A stretch of DNA of 64,000 nt, taken from NCBI GenBank assembly GCA_048128005.1, contig JBEUKZ010000131.1, forward strand, positions 124,001-188,000. Reading direction: 5' to 3'. Both the position numbers and the translations under genes were made by a program. The notes beneath the pieces were generated by a model. The model worked only from the letters and a program-made list of their open reading frames with translations. It was not told where the DNA came from and searched no databases. Shown in pieces: positions 1 through 11,935 of this stretch (the first letter of the stretch is position 1; each line of letters opens with the position of its first letter). This DNA comes from Veleropilina oligotropha (taxonomy: Eukaryota).

Positions 1-62
1 CCAAGATAAGTCATATGTACAAAGAGTTTATTCGTAGTCTTATGAATATATTTTGCTTTCAG

Positions 63-321
63 ACAATCCAAGACACCTACGCCAAGGAGGGCGATAAGGT
101 GACGTTTGAGTGCCACGTGGTGGGCCGCCCGGAGCCCGTCGTCAAGTGGTTCCGCGAGGGCACACTCATCCAGCACTCACCAGACTACCATGTGTCTTTC
201 AATAACGGAATTTCCACCCTAATAATCATGGAAGTGTTCCCAGAAGATTCAGGGAAATTCAAGTGTACCGCCACAAATGCCAGTGGTGGAACGACAACAG
301 AGGCAAACCTGAGGGTTGAAC
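63..321 (+). CDS. TTN: Exon: Ig domain (titin Ig3-like)
   Basis: tttcag|ACA...GAAC|gtaagt; VTFECHVVGRPEPVVKWF...FPEDSGKFKCTATN. Confidence 0.92.
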
Positions 322-574
322 GTAAGTATCTTGTCTTTTTCGAGACTGATTTGCATTTTTATTCACAAAAGTTTTACACACATTAAACAGTTTTCATAAT
401 TGGGTATTTTTCTACTTCTAAGCTTATATATGGTATTATATTTTTCAAAAATGAAATTGTTATTGCTATGCTGATTGTTAAGAAAGGCTATTTATTGTCC
501 ATAGCATTTCTTATATTTGAAATTACTTTGCGGGAATTCTTTTACAATTTTCTGTCCACCTCAAAAGTACTTAA

Positions 575-1370
575 TTTTTATGCCCCCACAAACGAAGTTT
601 GGGGGGGGGGCATATAGGAGTCTGCTTGTCCGTCCGTCTGTCTGTTCCAAATTCCCTTCCGCTCCGAATCTCGATACTATTTGACCGAGGGACACGAAAC
701 TTGATGTGCACATGCGTCATAACCCAAAGGTGTGTCGTGTACTGAAAGTAGGTCACCGCGACCTACTTTTCATGCTTGACTGCACTTAATCCACAATTCT
801 CTTCCGCTTTGTATCTCCGATACTATTTGACCGAGGGACACGAAACTTGATGTGCACATGCGTCATAACCCAAAGGTGTGTCGCGTACTGAAAGTAGGTC
901 ACTGCGACCTACTTTTCGGACTTGACCGCATTTGGTCCAAAATTTCCTTCCGCTCCATATGATATCTCCCATACTATTTGACCGAGGGACACGAAACTTG
1001 ATGTGTGTATCCATCATAACCCAAACGTGTGTCTCGTACCAAAAGTAGGTCACCGCGACCTACTTTTCACGCTTAACCACATTTAGTCCGAAATGCCCTT
1101 CCGCTTCATATTTCCCATGCTATTTGACAGAGGGACTAGAAATTTGATGTGTTCATGCGTCATAACTGAAAGGTATGACGCGTACCTAAAGTAGGGCGCC
1201 ACGACCTACTTTTCACACTTGACCACATTCAGTCTAAAGATCCGTTCTGCTCCATATCTCCCATACTATTGGACCGAAGGACATGAAACTTTATGTGTGT
1301 ATGCAGCAGCCTGTTCCTGGGTCAAACGCTTTCGTTGGGGCATGTGATCAATCCTGTGATAGCTCTAGTT
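575..1370 (+). mobile_element. Non-autonomous Helentron-type (HINE/pearl-like) element with ~147-151-bp tandem core (~5 copies)
   Basis: TTTTTATGCCCCCA start with hairpin, (GTCC/GTCT)n microsatellite, tandem core, GGGGCAT subterminal inverted repeat, CTAGTTTT end. Confidence 0.7.
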
Positions 1371-1380
1371 TTATTGCAAA

Positions 1381-1739
1381 CTAGCTGAATTGAGCTACCT
1401 TCGGGAGCTCTAATTCAGCGTCGTGGGGCCTGCGACCCCAAGTGGAGGGGCTTCGCCCCTCATATTAATTGACAATTTTTGCTTTATTTTGCGGCAACTA
1501 CAAATTGCATAAAGTTGGCAAAATTTATATTTTCGCCTAAAATTAAATATGAAAAAATTGGGGGGGGGATTTTTTACTTCAAAATTTAATTTTTTTTGGC
1601 GGCCAAGACCACCCCCTGGGTACCCTTAGTTGACATGCAAACTTTGGTGAGGATCGGCCCAGTGGTTACGGAGGAGATAGCGGACAGACAGACAGACAGA
1701 CAGACAGATAGACAGACTCTACTCTTTTATATATAGAGA
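1381..1739 (-). mobile_element. Non-autonomous Helitron
   Basis: Minus strand A|TCTCTATATATAAAAG...(TCTG)n...CTAG|T, with terminal hairpin gctgaattgagct/agctctaattcagc at 1384-1419. Confidence 0.75.
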
Positions 1740-1805
1740 TTATTTGGGTGTTTTGATGAAACAAAGCTGATATCTACATTACTGATATGTTTTATTTTGC
1801 TATAG

Positions 1806-2046
1806 CGGCGACTGAAGAGTCTACGCCTTCGTCCCGATCCTCGGTTACCTCTCCTAGTATTGTGCCACAACAGCGATTGGCCCCTTTTCTGCCGCTGCAG
1901 ATGACGGCCCCTAGGTTCCTGGAACCCTTGCATAACACCAGGCTTATGGAGGAGACCAACGCCATCTTAGAATGCAAAGTGATGGCCAAGCCATTCCCAC
2001 AGGTCATGTGGACGAGGAACGGATTTCCAGTCATCGAAGACTACAG
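1806..2046 (+). CDS. TTN: Exon: linker + first half of Ig4-like domain
   Basis: tatag|CG...TACAG|gtcagt; APRFLEPLHNTRLMEETNAILECKV. Confidence 0.9.
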
Positions 2047-2224
2047 GTCAGTACATAATGATCATAAAGACCCTTAAAATTACAAGAAATGTTGACAGGC
2101 TGGTTATATTTTGCCAGCTTGTCAAGAAGAAACCAGAACAAGAGAAGGAATTTGTGAGTTATATAATGACCATAAAAATGTGTGTTACATTGTATGTCAG
2201 TAAACTTTCAAGGATTTGATGACA

Positions 2225-2953
2225 AAGATAAGGTTACCGACCACAAGTCTTCACCATTAAGTTGTCTTAGCCAATGCCTATCTCCTTTCTGGCATCACAT
2301 CATGTAGGACTAGGTGACCGGCCACTAACCTCATCATTAAGTTGTCTTAGCCTACGCCTATCTCATTTCGGACACCGCATCATGAAGGAATAGGTCACCT
2401 TCCATTAATCTCATCATTAAGTTGTCTTAGCCTATGCCAATCTCCTTTCTGGCATCGAATCATGTACGACTAGGTGACCGGCCACTAACCTCATCATTAA
2501 GTTGTCTTAGTCTACGCCTATCTCATTTCGGACACCGCATCATGAAGGAATAGGTCACCTTCCATTAACCTCATCATTAAGTTGTGTTAGCCTATGCCTA
2601 TCTCCTTTCTGGCATCGCATCATGAGACGACGTGACCGGCTACTAACCTCATCATTAAGTTGTCTTAGCCTATGCCTATCTCCTTTCTGACATCGCATCA
2701 TGAGATGAGGTGACCGGCTACTAACCTCATCATTAAGTTGTCTTAGCCTATGCTTTTTTCCTTTCAGACACCGCATCATGAGACGAGGTGACCGGCTACT
2801 AACCTCATCATTAAGTTGTCTTAGCCTATGCTTTTTTCCTTTCAGACACCGCATCATGAGACGAGGTGACCGGCTACTAACCTCATCATTAAGTTGTCTT
2901 AGCCTATGCTTTTTTCCTTTCAGACGCCGCATCATGAAGGATGAGGTGACCGG
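2225..2953. repeat. 78-79-bp minisatellite (~9 copies) derived from a splice acceptor plus exon start
   Basis: tttcag acceptor recurs at 2767, 2845 and 2923 (78-bp period); last unit overlaps the real exon start. Confidence 0.9.
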
Positions 2954-3066
2954 CCGCTGCACACTGCTTATCATCAAGTGCTGCCCGGAGGATGAGGGGG
3001 AGTACGTCTGCACAGCGCTGAATCCAGCGGGAGAGGTGGCCACCAGCGCCAACCTGCTCACCGACC
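2924..3066 (+). CDS. TTN: Exon: second half of Ig4-like domain
   Basis: tttcag|ACG...GACC|gtaagt; CTLLIIKCCPEDEGEYVCTALN. Confidence 0.9.
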
Positions 3067-3145
3067 GTAAGTGGCTCATTGCTATTACCAATCATTGTCG
3101 AGAGTGCTGTCATGGTGGATTTATAATAAATAGTCAAGGTGTCCA

Positions 3146-3385
3146 CACCAGTAGCTGAGTGGATAAGATCGTAGACTCTGAATGCACTTGCTCGATTGCT
3201 CTGAGTTAGTTCAAATAATTAGTGGGGATATCTTTGTTCATTTAAAAGTCACATTGTCCATAATTGGCAAGTAAGGGCGGATTTTCCTGAGCAACCAGTC
3301 TTTCCTCCAGTGATCATTAATATGGACATGTCGTGGTATGAACCTGAAGGTTGTTTAAATTGGGACAAACATCAAGATAATCAAA
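3146..3385 (+). mobile_element. tRNA-derived SINE (family A), degenerate
   Basis: A-box-like TAGCTGAGTGG; shared 3' core tttcctcc..ataatatggacatgtc..gtatgaacc with copies at 7938, 11708, 31464 and 45300. Confidence 0.55.
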
Positions 3386-3521
3386 TTTGCATGCAGTCAT
3401 TCACATATGGTGTACTACCAATGCAATTTATGCTATGCCATTGCTCTGTATTTTAAATGTGCCTTATAATACATTACTGAAATGTACTCTATCATCTGAG
3501 AAAGTCTCTTGTGGTTTACAG

Positions 3522-3742
3522 GTAAATATCGTGATCTTTTGAAACAAGATACGCAGCCTATACCTGCCCAAGAGGCAGCTCCATCCTACCTACAAAACGC
3601 AGAGGAGCCTGTGCGAGTGCAGCCAGACTTCTACACACCACAGTCGCGTGTCCTTCCACAGCCTATGGACTACCGCATGACATCAGAAACAGAGTCCGAT
3701 CATCAGGCACCCATGTATGACGGACGCTCACCCAGTGACACT
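3522..3742 (+). CDS. TTN: Exon: unique linker
   Basis: tttacag|GT...ACT|gtaagt; phases match neighbours. Confidence 0.85.
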
Positions 3743-3843
3743 GTAAGTACACAAGTTATTCACAGGGGTGGCCATGTATTATCTTTCATACAAACCATGA
3801 AAGTCTATTGTAAATTGCAAGCTGTAACCCTCCTGAGCATATG

Positions 3844-4305
3844 AAACAAGAACGACGCGTTCGAAATATGTCTTGACCTTTCTTTATTTCCCTCAAATTT
3901 TCATAACAGTTAATACAATGGCTAAGTGCAAGTACTTCATGGCTTAATTTACTACCCCGTCGATTGTGACATCACCAAATGACGATTAATCTAAGGCGAC
4001 GTCGTAATGACGTCATTGCCATTTGCTTGCAATATTAGACATCCGTTATATACAAATATGGATAAAAGTGCTCAATAAATGCATATTTTTGCAAAATTGT
4101 GTCGCAAAAGTTATATACACGACCTACAAATACTCTTGGGAATGTGTGTACCAATTTTGGTGAAAATTGAGCGGGTAGTTTTCAAATAAATCGACGGATA
4201 TATATATACATATATAAGTATATAAGTATATAAGTATATATGTATATACACACGGACCATTTGATAATGTCTTGTCCTTTTTTACAAAAAGGTCAAGACA
4301 TAAAA
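3844..4305 (-). mobile_element. Helentron-type non-autonomous element
   Basis: Subterminal inverted repeat tatgtcttgacc/ggtcaagacata, AAACAAG and AAAAA ends, TA-rich microsatellite. Confidence 0.55.
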
Positions 4306-4672
4306 ACGGACTCTTCCATTGAAATGGTGCAGGCAACTTGTCAAATACTTTGTCACTGCAGCGATCTGGATTAGTTCATTGTTTGGTTGTTAACTGGAAC
4401 AAAGGAGGAACTGACACCAGGTGTCCTATTGTTGAAATATCAACATCATGATGTGTATTGGATGTATATGGTTGATTATATAAATAAACTTGGTGATTCC
4501 GGTGAAATATGGCTTGGTGTCGTGTTATAAATATTTGGTATCTGTGATTTTATCTAATTTTGATGCTTCAATGCTTATTGGTACTATTCATATGTATTGT
4601 CTTTCATTCAGTGATTTTGGCAGATTCCAGTAGAAAGGACTTTTCTGATTGTTAATTTTCTTCATTATGCAG

Positions 4673-4909
4673 GAGTTTTTGCCAAAGCCATTCGAGCAAA
4701 AGCTAATGCGAGACATTTCCTATCGAGACGGAAAAGTCCGCTTCCAGAGCGAGACCGAGACTGAATACGACACCGATCAGCCAGAGGAGAAGGTGGCGCC
4801 ATCTGCCATGCAGAAGCCGATCTTCGTCGTCTCACTGAAGAACTTCAAGCTAATGGAAGGTGCCGATGCAACCTTCGTGTGCCGACTGACAGGACGCCCT
4901 AAACCAAAG
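4673..4909 (+). CDS. TTN: Exon: linker (FEQKLMRDISYR) + first half of Ig5-like domain
   Basis: tgcag|GAG...AAG|gtattg. Confidence 0.9.
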
Positions 4910-5016
4910 GTATTGCTTCTCATTATAATGTGATACTTTAAGGCATTTGATATGAGCCTTGGTACTCGCCATATAACGAGTTTTGTGATGACATATTTTA
5001 CTTCCATATGACATCT

Positions 5017-5997
5017 CAGCCCTCAATATTTCGACCTAATTGGTCGCATATGTGAACTATTTTTACCGTTGGCGACTAACAAATAAATCCTGGTCGCCAA
5101 TTGGCGATCTATCTAAAATTACGTTGGCGACCGTAAATCCTGCCATTTTATGACTTTTCAATGTTCTGGCTTTCCACTAAGTTACTAAATCAATGTTTCG
5201 TGACTTTACTTGCCTCTGTTTATTACAAAAACCGGGCCCAAAATCCAATAAAAGTTGTTATCTTGACAGTGTCAAAGTAGCATACGGCTTGCGTTGTAAA
5301 CAATGGCCACCATATATATGAGCTTACAAGACTGAATGCCTAATGCACATTTTCATTGGTCAATGAATATTTTTAGGCCAATCAATTGGCGTGTTATTAA
5401 TGACACTACCGGGTTGGTATTGCAAGTCTGACAGACGCGCAAGTCAAACAATAAAGCTTCAGGGAGAGATATAAATTAATTTATTGTATTTAAATGGTCT
5501 AGATGCTTTGATCATAAACTTTAAAGGAACTAATGATTCCAGAAATTATAGAAAGCTACACATCAAGATAAACTGGAGTGAACATAATGACTACTGAAAC
5601 CACTTACAGTGAAACATAATGGATACTGAAACCACTTATAGTGAAATTCAAAGAACTATTAAAACAAAATGCCTTTAACTTTGACCTATGCCATATGGGT
5701 GGACCATTCTTTATATTACATGTAAAATGACAAACATGTAAAATACAGTTTAAAAATGTGTAATATTGAAACAAGTTGTATATTAAATTATTTAACTTTT
5801 ATGCGATTTACATGATGACTGTCAAAATGGTTATTTTTATTCATTTGTTGTGTTAAATGTATAAGTTGATATAAATTGATATTTAACATTGGCTATTGAA
5901 TTTTCTTTGTCTGGCTAGTGAAATTTTGAATTGGCCACTAAAATTTAAAAGTTGGTACCCAACGGCCAGTGGAAATAAATGGCAACTTTGAGGGCTG
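5017..5997. mobile_element. hAT-like MITE with 5-bp target-site duplication
   Basis: TIR CAGCCCTCAA/TTGAGGGCTG; CATCT flanks both sides; subterminal GGCGAC and GGCYA motifs. Confidence 0.75.
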
Positions 5998-6203
5998 CAT
6001 CTGCACCAGTTATAGACAACCGTGACTGACAGGTCCATAGTAGAACAAACAGGAGATTGAATTGAAACAACGCAAAGCCAATCAACGAATGAATTTTGTA
6101 GAATATATATATACTTACTCTACCACATTTTTTCTTTTGAATGATGGCATTAAATTGTACAAATGCATTGATGCATTATTTCAATGCGCATGGTTCCTTT
6201 CAG

Positions 6204-6451
6204 ATTGCCTGGTACAAAGATGGCCGCCGCATCAAACGATCTAATCGCTACGAACTGAAGTACACCCAGGATGGCTACTGCACCCTGCGTATCCGAATCG
6301 CTCTGGACGAGGATGCTGGCCACTACACCGTCCTGGCGGTCAACTCTGCGGGCAAGGATACCTGCTCCGGCCAGTTGTTCATCGACAAAATGGGCATTAT
6401 CGACGCCACATCCTTCGTCACGCCCGAGAGCCTGGACATGATGATGAAGAG
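6204..6451 (+). CDS. TTN: Exon: second half of Ig5-like domain
   Basis: tttcag|ATT...AG|gtgggt; IAWYKDGRRIK...EDAGHYTVLAVN. Confidence 0.92.
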
Positions 6452-6936
6452 GTGGGTAATGGTTGTCCTACAACTATAATATTGTTTTCGTTAATTATCA
6501 CACCTGTTGAATGTACAAAAATGAATCTTTGTTAAGATCGAGTTTGAGACGTGTTTTTTGTTAACTTTGAAAATATTACGTGAAATAAAGCAAGGTGCAA
6601 TATATTTTCACTTCAATACGATTGAAGTGTGCTTCATTCGAGGTGCTGCAATGTACAAAATTTATTTTCATTTTGTTTAATAATACGTTACTTTCTATAT
6701 ATCTTTAAATGTCTTACTAACTATCACTATACTAAAGTAGATTGAATTGCAACTAACAGATAGCTCAGAATTTTTATCCATAATCTGGTTCATAACTTAG
6801 AATGTGGAAAATCACAAGCACACACAACAATCAAACTCAGATGTCATGTCCCAAGCTCACCACATGCATAAATGACAAAGTGCTGACTACTTTGCATGGA
6901 ACAATTTCTGAAAATATTTTTTATTTTTCGTATTAG

Positions 6937-7144
6937 AGATGCTGATCGCAACCGTAAACGACCATCGGAAGAAGGGGGAATATTTGAAACCCACTACCGT
7001 CCAGTTTTCAAGAAGATCCCGGATGATCAAGAAGTCCGTGAGGGCAGCACTGTACGATTCGACTGCCTCGTCAACGGACGACCAATCCCTGAGCTGACGT
7101 GGTATCGCGACGGGATAAAGGTCAACAGCGACGACCTTCACAAG
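6937..7144 (+). CDS. TTN: Exon: first half of Ig6-like domain
   Basis: attag|AGA...AAG|gttcgg; YRPVFKKIP...VRFDCLVNGRP. Confidence 0.9.
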
Positions 7145-7189
7145 GTTCGGTTCATATACTTTATCAAACTACATATAGTGTATCATTTG

Positions 7190-7720
7190 ATATCATATAT
7201 AGAGGATATCGAACGAGTGTCCATTCCATATGAGAATTATGAAACGAGTCGGGCACAATTTATGTACTGAGCCTTGGCGAGGTACATAAATTTGCTGACG
7301 AGTTTCATAATTCTCATATGAAATGGACACAAGTTTCATATTTTCTTTATCACATGACTTTATTTATCTTTAAACTTATTTTATTGCGTTTTTAAACGCA
7401 TTTCTTTACGTTTTAAAACTAATTTCTGTCAGTACTTTCAGCCATAAATTGCCATTGCCTCAGACGCATCACGCATCAAAAGCACCCGCCACGCCAGTAC
7501 GCCAATAAAAAATAGTTCAACGTCAGTAATCGACGAGTCAACGCGTATGAATTATTCAATATGTTAATGAGGGTGATATGCCGCCTAATCAACTTGGTGC
7601 CAGATGTGATTACCGGGCGTCATGTTGGCCCTCATTTGCATACTTATGGGACGTGTCTTTTGTATCAAAATTTATGGAACGGCTTGTACCGTTCCATAAC
7701 AGCTTTGTCATGTGATAATA
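7190..7720. mobile_element. Non-autonomous element with long internal hairpin (Crypton-like, tentative)
   Basis: 29-bp inverted arms 7217-7245 and 7302-7330 (1 mismatch); second inverted pair ttatcacatgac 7347 and gtcatgtgataa 7707. Confidence 0.55.
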
Positions 7721-7937
7721 TATTATATTGGGATCCTTGATGTGATAAATTTGCAGAGCTTCCTTAATATTTATGTAGAATTTACAGGCCACAATTCCAG
7801 CTGTTAACTGAATGGTATGTATCTTTAGCTCGCATGCAACGCAATTGCGGGTCTATGTAATGAGCATGTCGTCTGGCCGTTCGTCTGTCCGTCTTAAAGT
7901 TTTTGGTTAAAGTTTTTCATTATTTCATTGTCATCTA

Positions 7938-8208
7938 GGCTGCTTCGACAGCTGTGTGGTATCGGTTGTGGATTCCGAAAATCACCGACTTTATTTCGCT
8001 GACGCTAACAGTAGTGGGTTCAAACCTTGGATGGGGCAGCACACCTTTGTTCAAGTTATGAATAACAGTTGTCCGTAACTGGTCGTAGAGAGCGGGTTTC
8101 CCCTGGCGACCGGGCTTTCCTCCCGCGATAATACGGACATGTCCTGCTTTGAACCAAATGATGGTTGGAAATATACAGGATATTAAGCATCGATCCTTTC
8201 CTTTCCTT
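7938..8208 (+). mobile_element. tRNA-derived SINE (family A) with 15-bp TSD
   Basis: B box GGTTCAAACC, (CCTTT)n tail, TSD tttcattgtcatcta at 7923-7937 and 8209-8223. Confidence 0.8.
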
Positions 8209-8381
8209 TTTCATTGTCATCTAACCCTAGAATAGAAATATTGAAAGCAATTTAATTGAAATTTTGCATATAAATAGCCATTTTGGACTTAGAAAATTTT
8301 GCCTTTACACAACTTTTTATATGCTTTATATGTATATTTTAAATTGACAATGTCATCTACTATTGAATGTAGACATAATAC

Positions 8382-8651
8382 CAGGGCTCGCAAATATACG
8401 GAATATGCCCTGTTTTTAATGCACATATGCAAGAAATTGGGCGTACATATAATATCATCTATGGAATTTATCACATTTAATGCACGTTTTAGGTACACGA
8501 AGCACTGCATGAAATAGATAATCCACCAAATTTATTGTCTTTAAATCAACAAGCGTCAGGAGGAAAATTTCTATTTGATTATAAGAATACGCCCAGACCT
8601 CGAAAACAGGGTGTATCGTACACCCTTTGTAAAAAATTATCTAGAGCCCTG
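8382..8651. mobile_element. Possible short hAT-type MITE
   Basis: CAGGGCTC/GAGCCCTG termini; TSD imperfect. Confidence 0.4.
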
Positions 8652-8920
8652 CAATAACTCATGACATATACGTGATTGATGCGCAGTTCCACGCATGCTA
8701 GTCATTGCAAGCTTTTGCTCTTGTTATTTAAGAACACGCTGTCAGTTATTTCACTCTCATTGGCTGGTTGCTGCCAATGTATCAAATTTAGTGTGAAGTG
8801 CTATTTTGCTCAATTAAAATCGTTGAATTAGGAATTATCATTGGAGTTAACAAGCGCAGTTTTTAGTGCCATGCGGATTGGCCTGTGTTTTCAATGGTTT
8901 CATTGATATGTTTTTCACAG

Positions 8921-9053
8921 ATTGTTGTCAATGAGGATGGAATCCATTCTCTGATCATCATGAGCTCGTCACGCCATGACGGTGGGAAGTATACCTGCGT
9001 CGCCACCAACAGAGGAGGCGACGCCCAATTCACCGTAAATCTCAATGTTCTGG
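8921..9053 (+). CDS. TTN: Exon: second half of Ig6-like domain
   Basis: cacag|ATT...CTGG|gtaagt; IVVNEDGIHSLII. Confidence 0.92.
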
Positions 9054-9176
9054 GTAAGTCCAATTATTAAGCCTTAGGCTGAATATTTATATCATTGTGT
9101 ACATATGGAATGTCGTAAATGTCTTGTTTTTTATCAATTATATGAACTATTACTGTAACAGTAACGGTTGGACTAA

Positions 9177-9325
9177 TTTTTATGCCCCCACCAATTTATT
9201 GGGAGCGGCATTTAGATTTACCCTTTTCCATCCATCCCATCCCGAAAACCAGTATTTGCGTGCAAGTAACTCCATTGTGCTATAACAGTGTGGGCATTCA
9301 TGTCCCATGGAGACATTTCTAGTTT
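9177..9325 (+). mobile_element. Short Helentron-type element
   Basis: TTTTATGCCCCCA start, (CCAT)n, GGGCAT..CTAGTT end. Confidence 0.5.
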
Positions 9326-9508
9326 AAGTGCAATGTTGGTCTGGGTTTTTCCTTTTCTGGATAAAATGTTACAAATTTTTGTTGATCTTTTGACAATTTT
9401 TTGCTTTATGAAAATTTTGCTTTTCCTTTCTGTGCAGATGAACAGATTAATTGCGTAAAATGTACAATTCAGCAGTGTTGCTTGAATTTACTCATTTTCT
9501 GGTTCCAG

Positions 9509-9671
9509 AACGCCAGCAAGTTCAGGTGCCGAAGTTCATTGAGCGTCTTCAGAGCTACACGATCCGTGAGGGTCAAGGGGTCACGATGAACTGCCACGCC
9601 ACGGGGACGCCCCAGCCGATGATGAGCTGGCAGAAAGATGGAAAGATGCTACAGCCAAACAAGGAATACAA
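9509..9671 (+). CDS. TTN: Exon: first half of Ig7-like domain
   Basis: tccag|AA...AA|gtaagt; VPKFIERLQSYTIREGQ. Confidence 0.92.
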
Positions 9672-10019
9672 GTAAGTCTGAAACGGAGCTCCCCAACAAT
9701 AGCCATCGATGAGGGTAGCGAAGGGCACTTTCATAATTCAAAAGTTACGCTTGTTATTTCAGTTTTAATGAAAATAATAAAGTAACATAACACAGCTGAT
9801 AATTAGATAACACTTGTCAGTTATTGACAATTGTCACGGTTGACTGCACACAGTGCCCAATCAAGGAATCGAACCCACTCCGGTGAATCAGAGCCATCAA
9901 GCAATTGACATTGGAGCCACGCTCTTGTCCATTACATGTCGACCACCCATGTTCTAAGTTTGCTATGTTCCAAATCATTGTAATATAAGATTGCTCTGAT
10001 TATAAATAATTATTTTTAG

Positions 10020-10150
10020 AATCACCACGGACGCAGGCCGCTCTGCCCTCCATATTGATAATACGAGGCCCAGCGATGCAGCCTGGTTCCAGTGTTCCGC
10101 GGTCAACGTGGCTGGAACGGCATCGTCACGGGCAAAACTCGTCGTGCAAG
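10020..10150 (+). CDS. TTN: Exon: second half of Ig7-like domain
   Basis: tttag|A...CAAG|gtaagg; SDAAWFQCSAVNVAG. Confidence 0.92.
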
Positions 10151-10517
10151 GTAAGGATGCTATTGTCATAAGGACGTGGTCCTGTGAAACTTGGCTTGGC
10201 CGATCCTTATTCAAGATTTATTGGTCTAAGAGTATAGTCTTTAGTAATGTTGCATTGCACAACCTGATTGAAATATTTTGTATTAAGATGTTCTAGATGT
10301 TAGAAATGGGTTGGTATGTCCAAATGTCAATCTGAGAGGACAAAACTCTTTGATCAAAATGTTTACATTTGACCTTAGAACTGTCACCCCTGACAAAAGA
10401 CAGAGAACAGATTAATTTGCCAGTTTATGATATCGACAGAATATTGGAGATAATGTCTGTTCTTGCTGTACTGTCTAATGGAATATTTCAAATTCTAAGG
10501 TGTTATATATTTTTTAG

Positions 10518-10572
10518 TGGAAACAAGGAAACCAGACAAGAAAATGACCATCCCCAAGCGGGTCCAGTCACC
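10518..10572 (+). CDS. TTN: Exon: short linker VETRKPDKKMTIPKRVQSP
   Basis: tttag|TG...CC|gtaagt; phase 1 to 2. Confidence 0.85.
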
Positions 10573-11310
10573 GTAAGTGACATCTTTATTATTTATGCAG
10601 CTTGTTGTCAGAAATGTCTGCTGACATCTCTCTGTGTGTCTCTTCCTGCAAATTTTTGTATTGCTAGTTTGAATTATATTACAGGTACAGAGAACTGTCC
10701 TACAGGATTAAAGTTTGGATTGTGCTGTTAATTTTCAAACTGTATTGCAAACTGTATTGAATGTCTTCATGTATCTCCAGCACTTCATGATATGATTCTG
10801 TCTCCATCCTCATGATGTAATGTATCTTTCAGGTTGAAACATAATTACTTTGTGTATTCCATAAATCGTGTACTCCGCCCATGTGAAATTAAGCATCACA
10901 GAGTTGATACTTGATCCTCATCTAGAATATTGTGTGGTTAATCAGATTAATAAGCATTTACTATTTAATAGGCATTTTCCTGTTACATATGAAGGAATGT
11001 TGTATTCTGCCTATAAATAGTTTTATGAGATATTCAATTTTATGGTGGTTTTGTTGAATGACTGTGTAATTTTTATATATAGGAAGCAACTGTGACCAAA
11101 TTGCACAAACAGATAACATTTTAATATAAGACAGAAACAAAAGCCTTAACTTGGTTGTCATGGTTATTGAAAAATGTTTTTTTAGCACATGTGTAAAAAT
11201 ATGCATTTGCAGATTAGTAAATTCACACGTATGTGGTTACTTATATATATTTTATATGTAAAAAGGATTTGCATGAAACATATTTAAATTGTTTTTGTTC
11301 ATCTGCACAG

Positions 11311-11412
11311 TAAATATGATATCCAACCTGAAGGACCTGTCCAACAAAAGTCCTTTGTCTCTGAACATGACAAAGCCTCGTTAAGGCTTGTCAAGGAAGA
11401 TGATGCCAAAAG
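11311..11412 (+). CDS. TTN: Cassette motif exon 1 (KYDIQPEGPVQQKSFVSEHDKASLRLV)
   Basis: cacag|...AG|gtacat; 102 nt, phase 2-2; paralogous to seven other exons. Confidence 0.8.
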
Positions 11413-11707
11413 GTACATCAGCTGCATGTTGACTTGCCGCGTCGAGGTTAACAGCATGATCATATCAGACAGACATAGATCTTATATTGTTCCTATGTCA
11501 GACTTCTAATGGCAATGAGGCAAAATCCAAGTGAAATTAAACTAGGTTGTAATTCTTTAAAAAAAAATTTAATAGTTTTCATATTGATCCTGTTAATTAA
11601 TAGAGCACAGATGAAGACTAGTTACAAATCAAGGTTGGATCATATGCATATATCAACTTAAATCATCCTCAAATGTATTGCACTGGCCCAATAATATTGA
11701 GATCTCA

Positions 11708-11935
11708 ACAGTAGCCGAGTGAAAAGAGCAGGTGCTCTGAATTGCCTGACTTGGCTGCTCTGTCTAACAGAAGTGAGTTGCAATCCTCGGCAGGTCTTTC
11801 TTTGTTCATTTAACAGTCACAGTTGATCATAGGACTGGATTTTCCGAGTTTTCCTCCCACAATAATATGGGCGCGCCCCTGTATGAACCTGAAGGTTGTT
11901 CAATATGGGATATTAAGCACTGATTCAAACCAAAG
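11708..11935 (+). mobile_element. tRNA-derived SINE (family A)
   Basis: TAGCCGAGTG head; shared 3' core gtatgaacctgaaggttgt. Confidence 0.55.

Larger units (their letters stand above)
7823..8726 (+). mobile_element. Helentron-type element hosting nested insertions
   Basis: TTTAGCTCGCATGC start, GTCC/GTCT microsatellite, gcatgcta...CTCTTGTT end. Confidence 0.5.

Noticed and set aside
3518..3528. AG|GTAAAT recursive splice site
   Set aside because: Fully explained as an ordinary coding exon start in a short intron.
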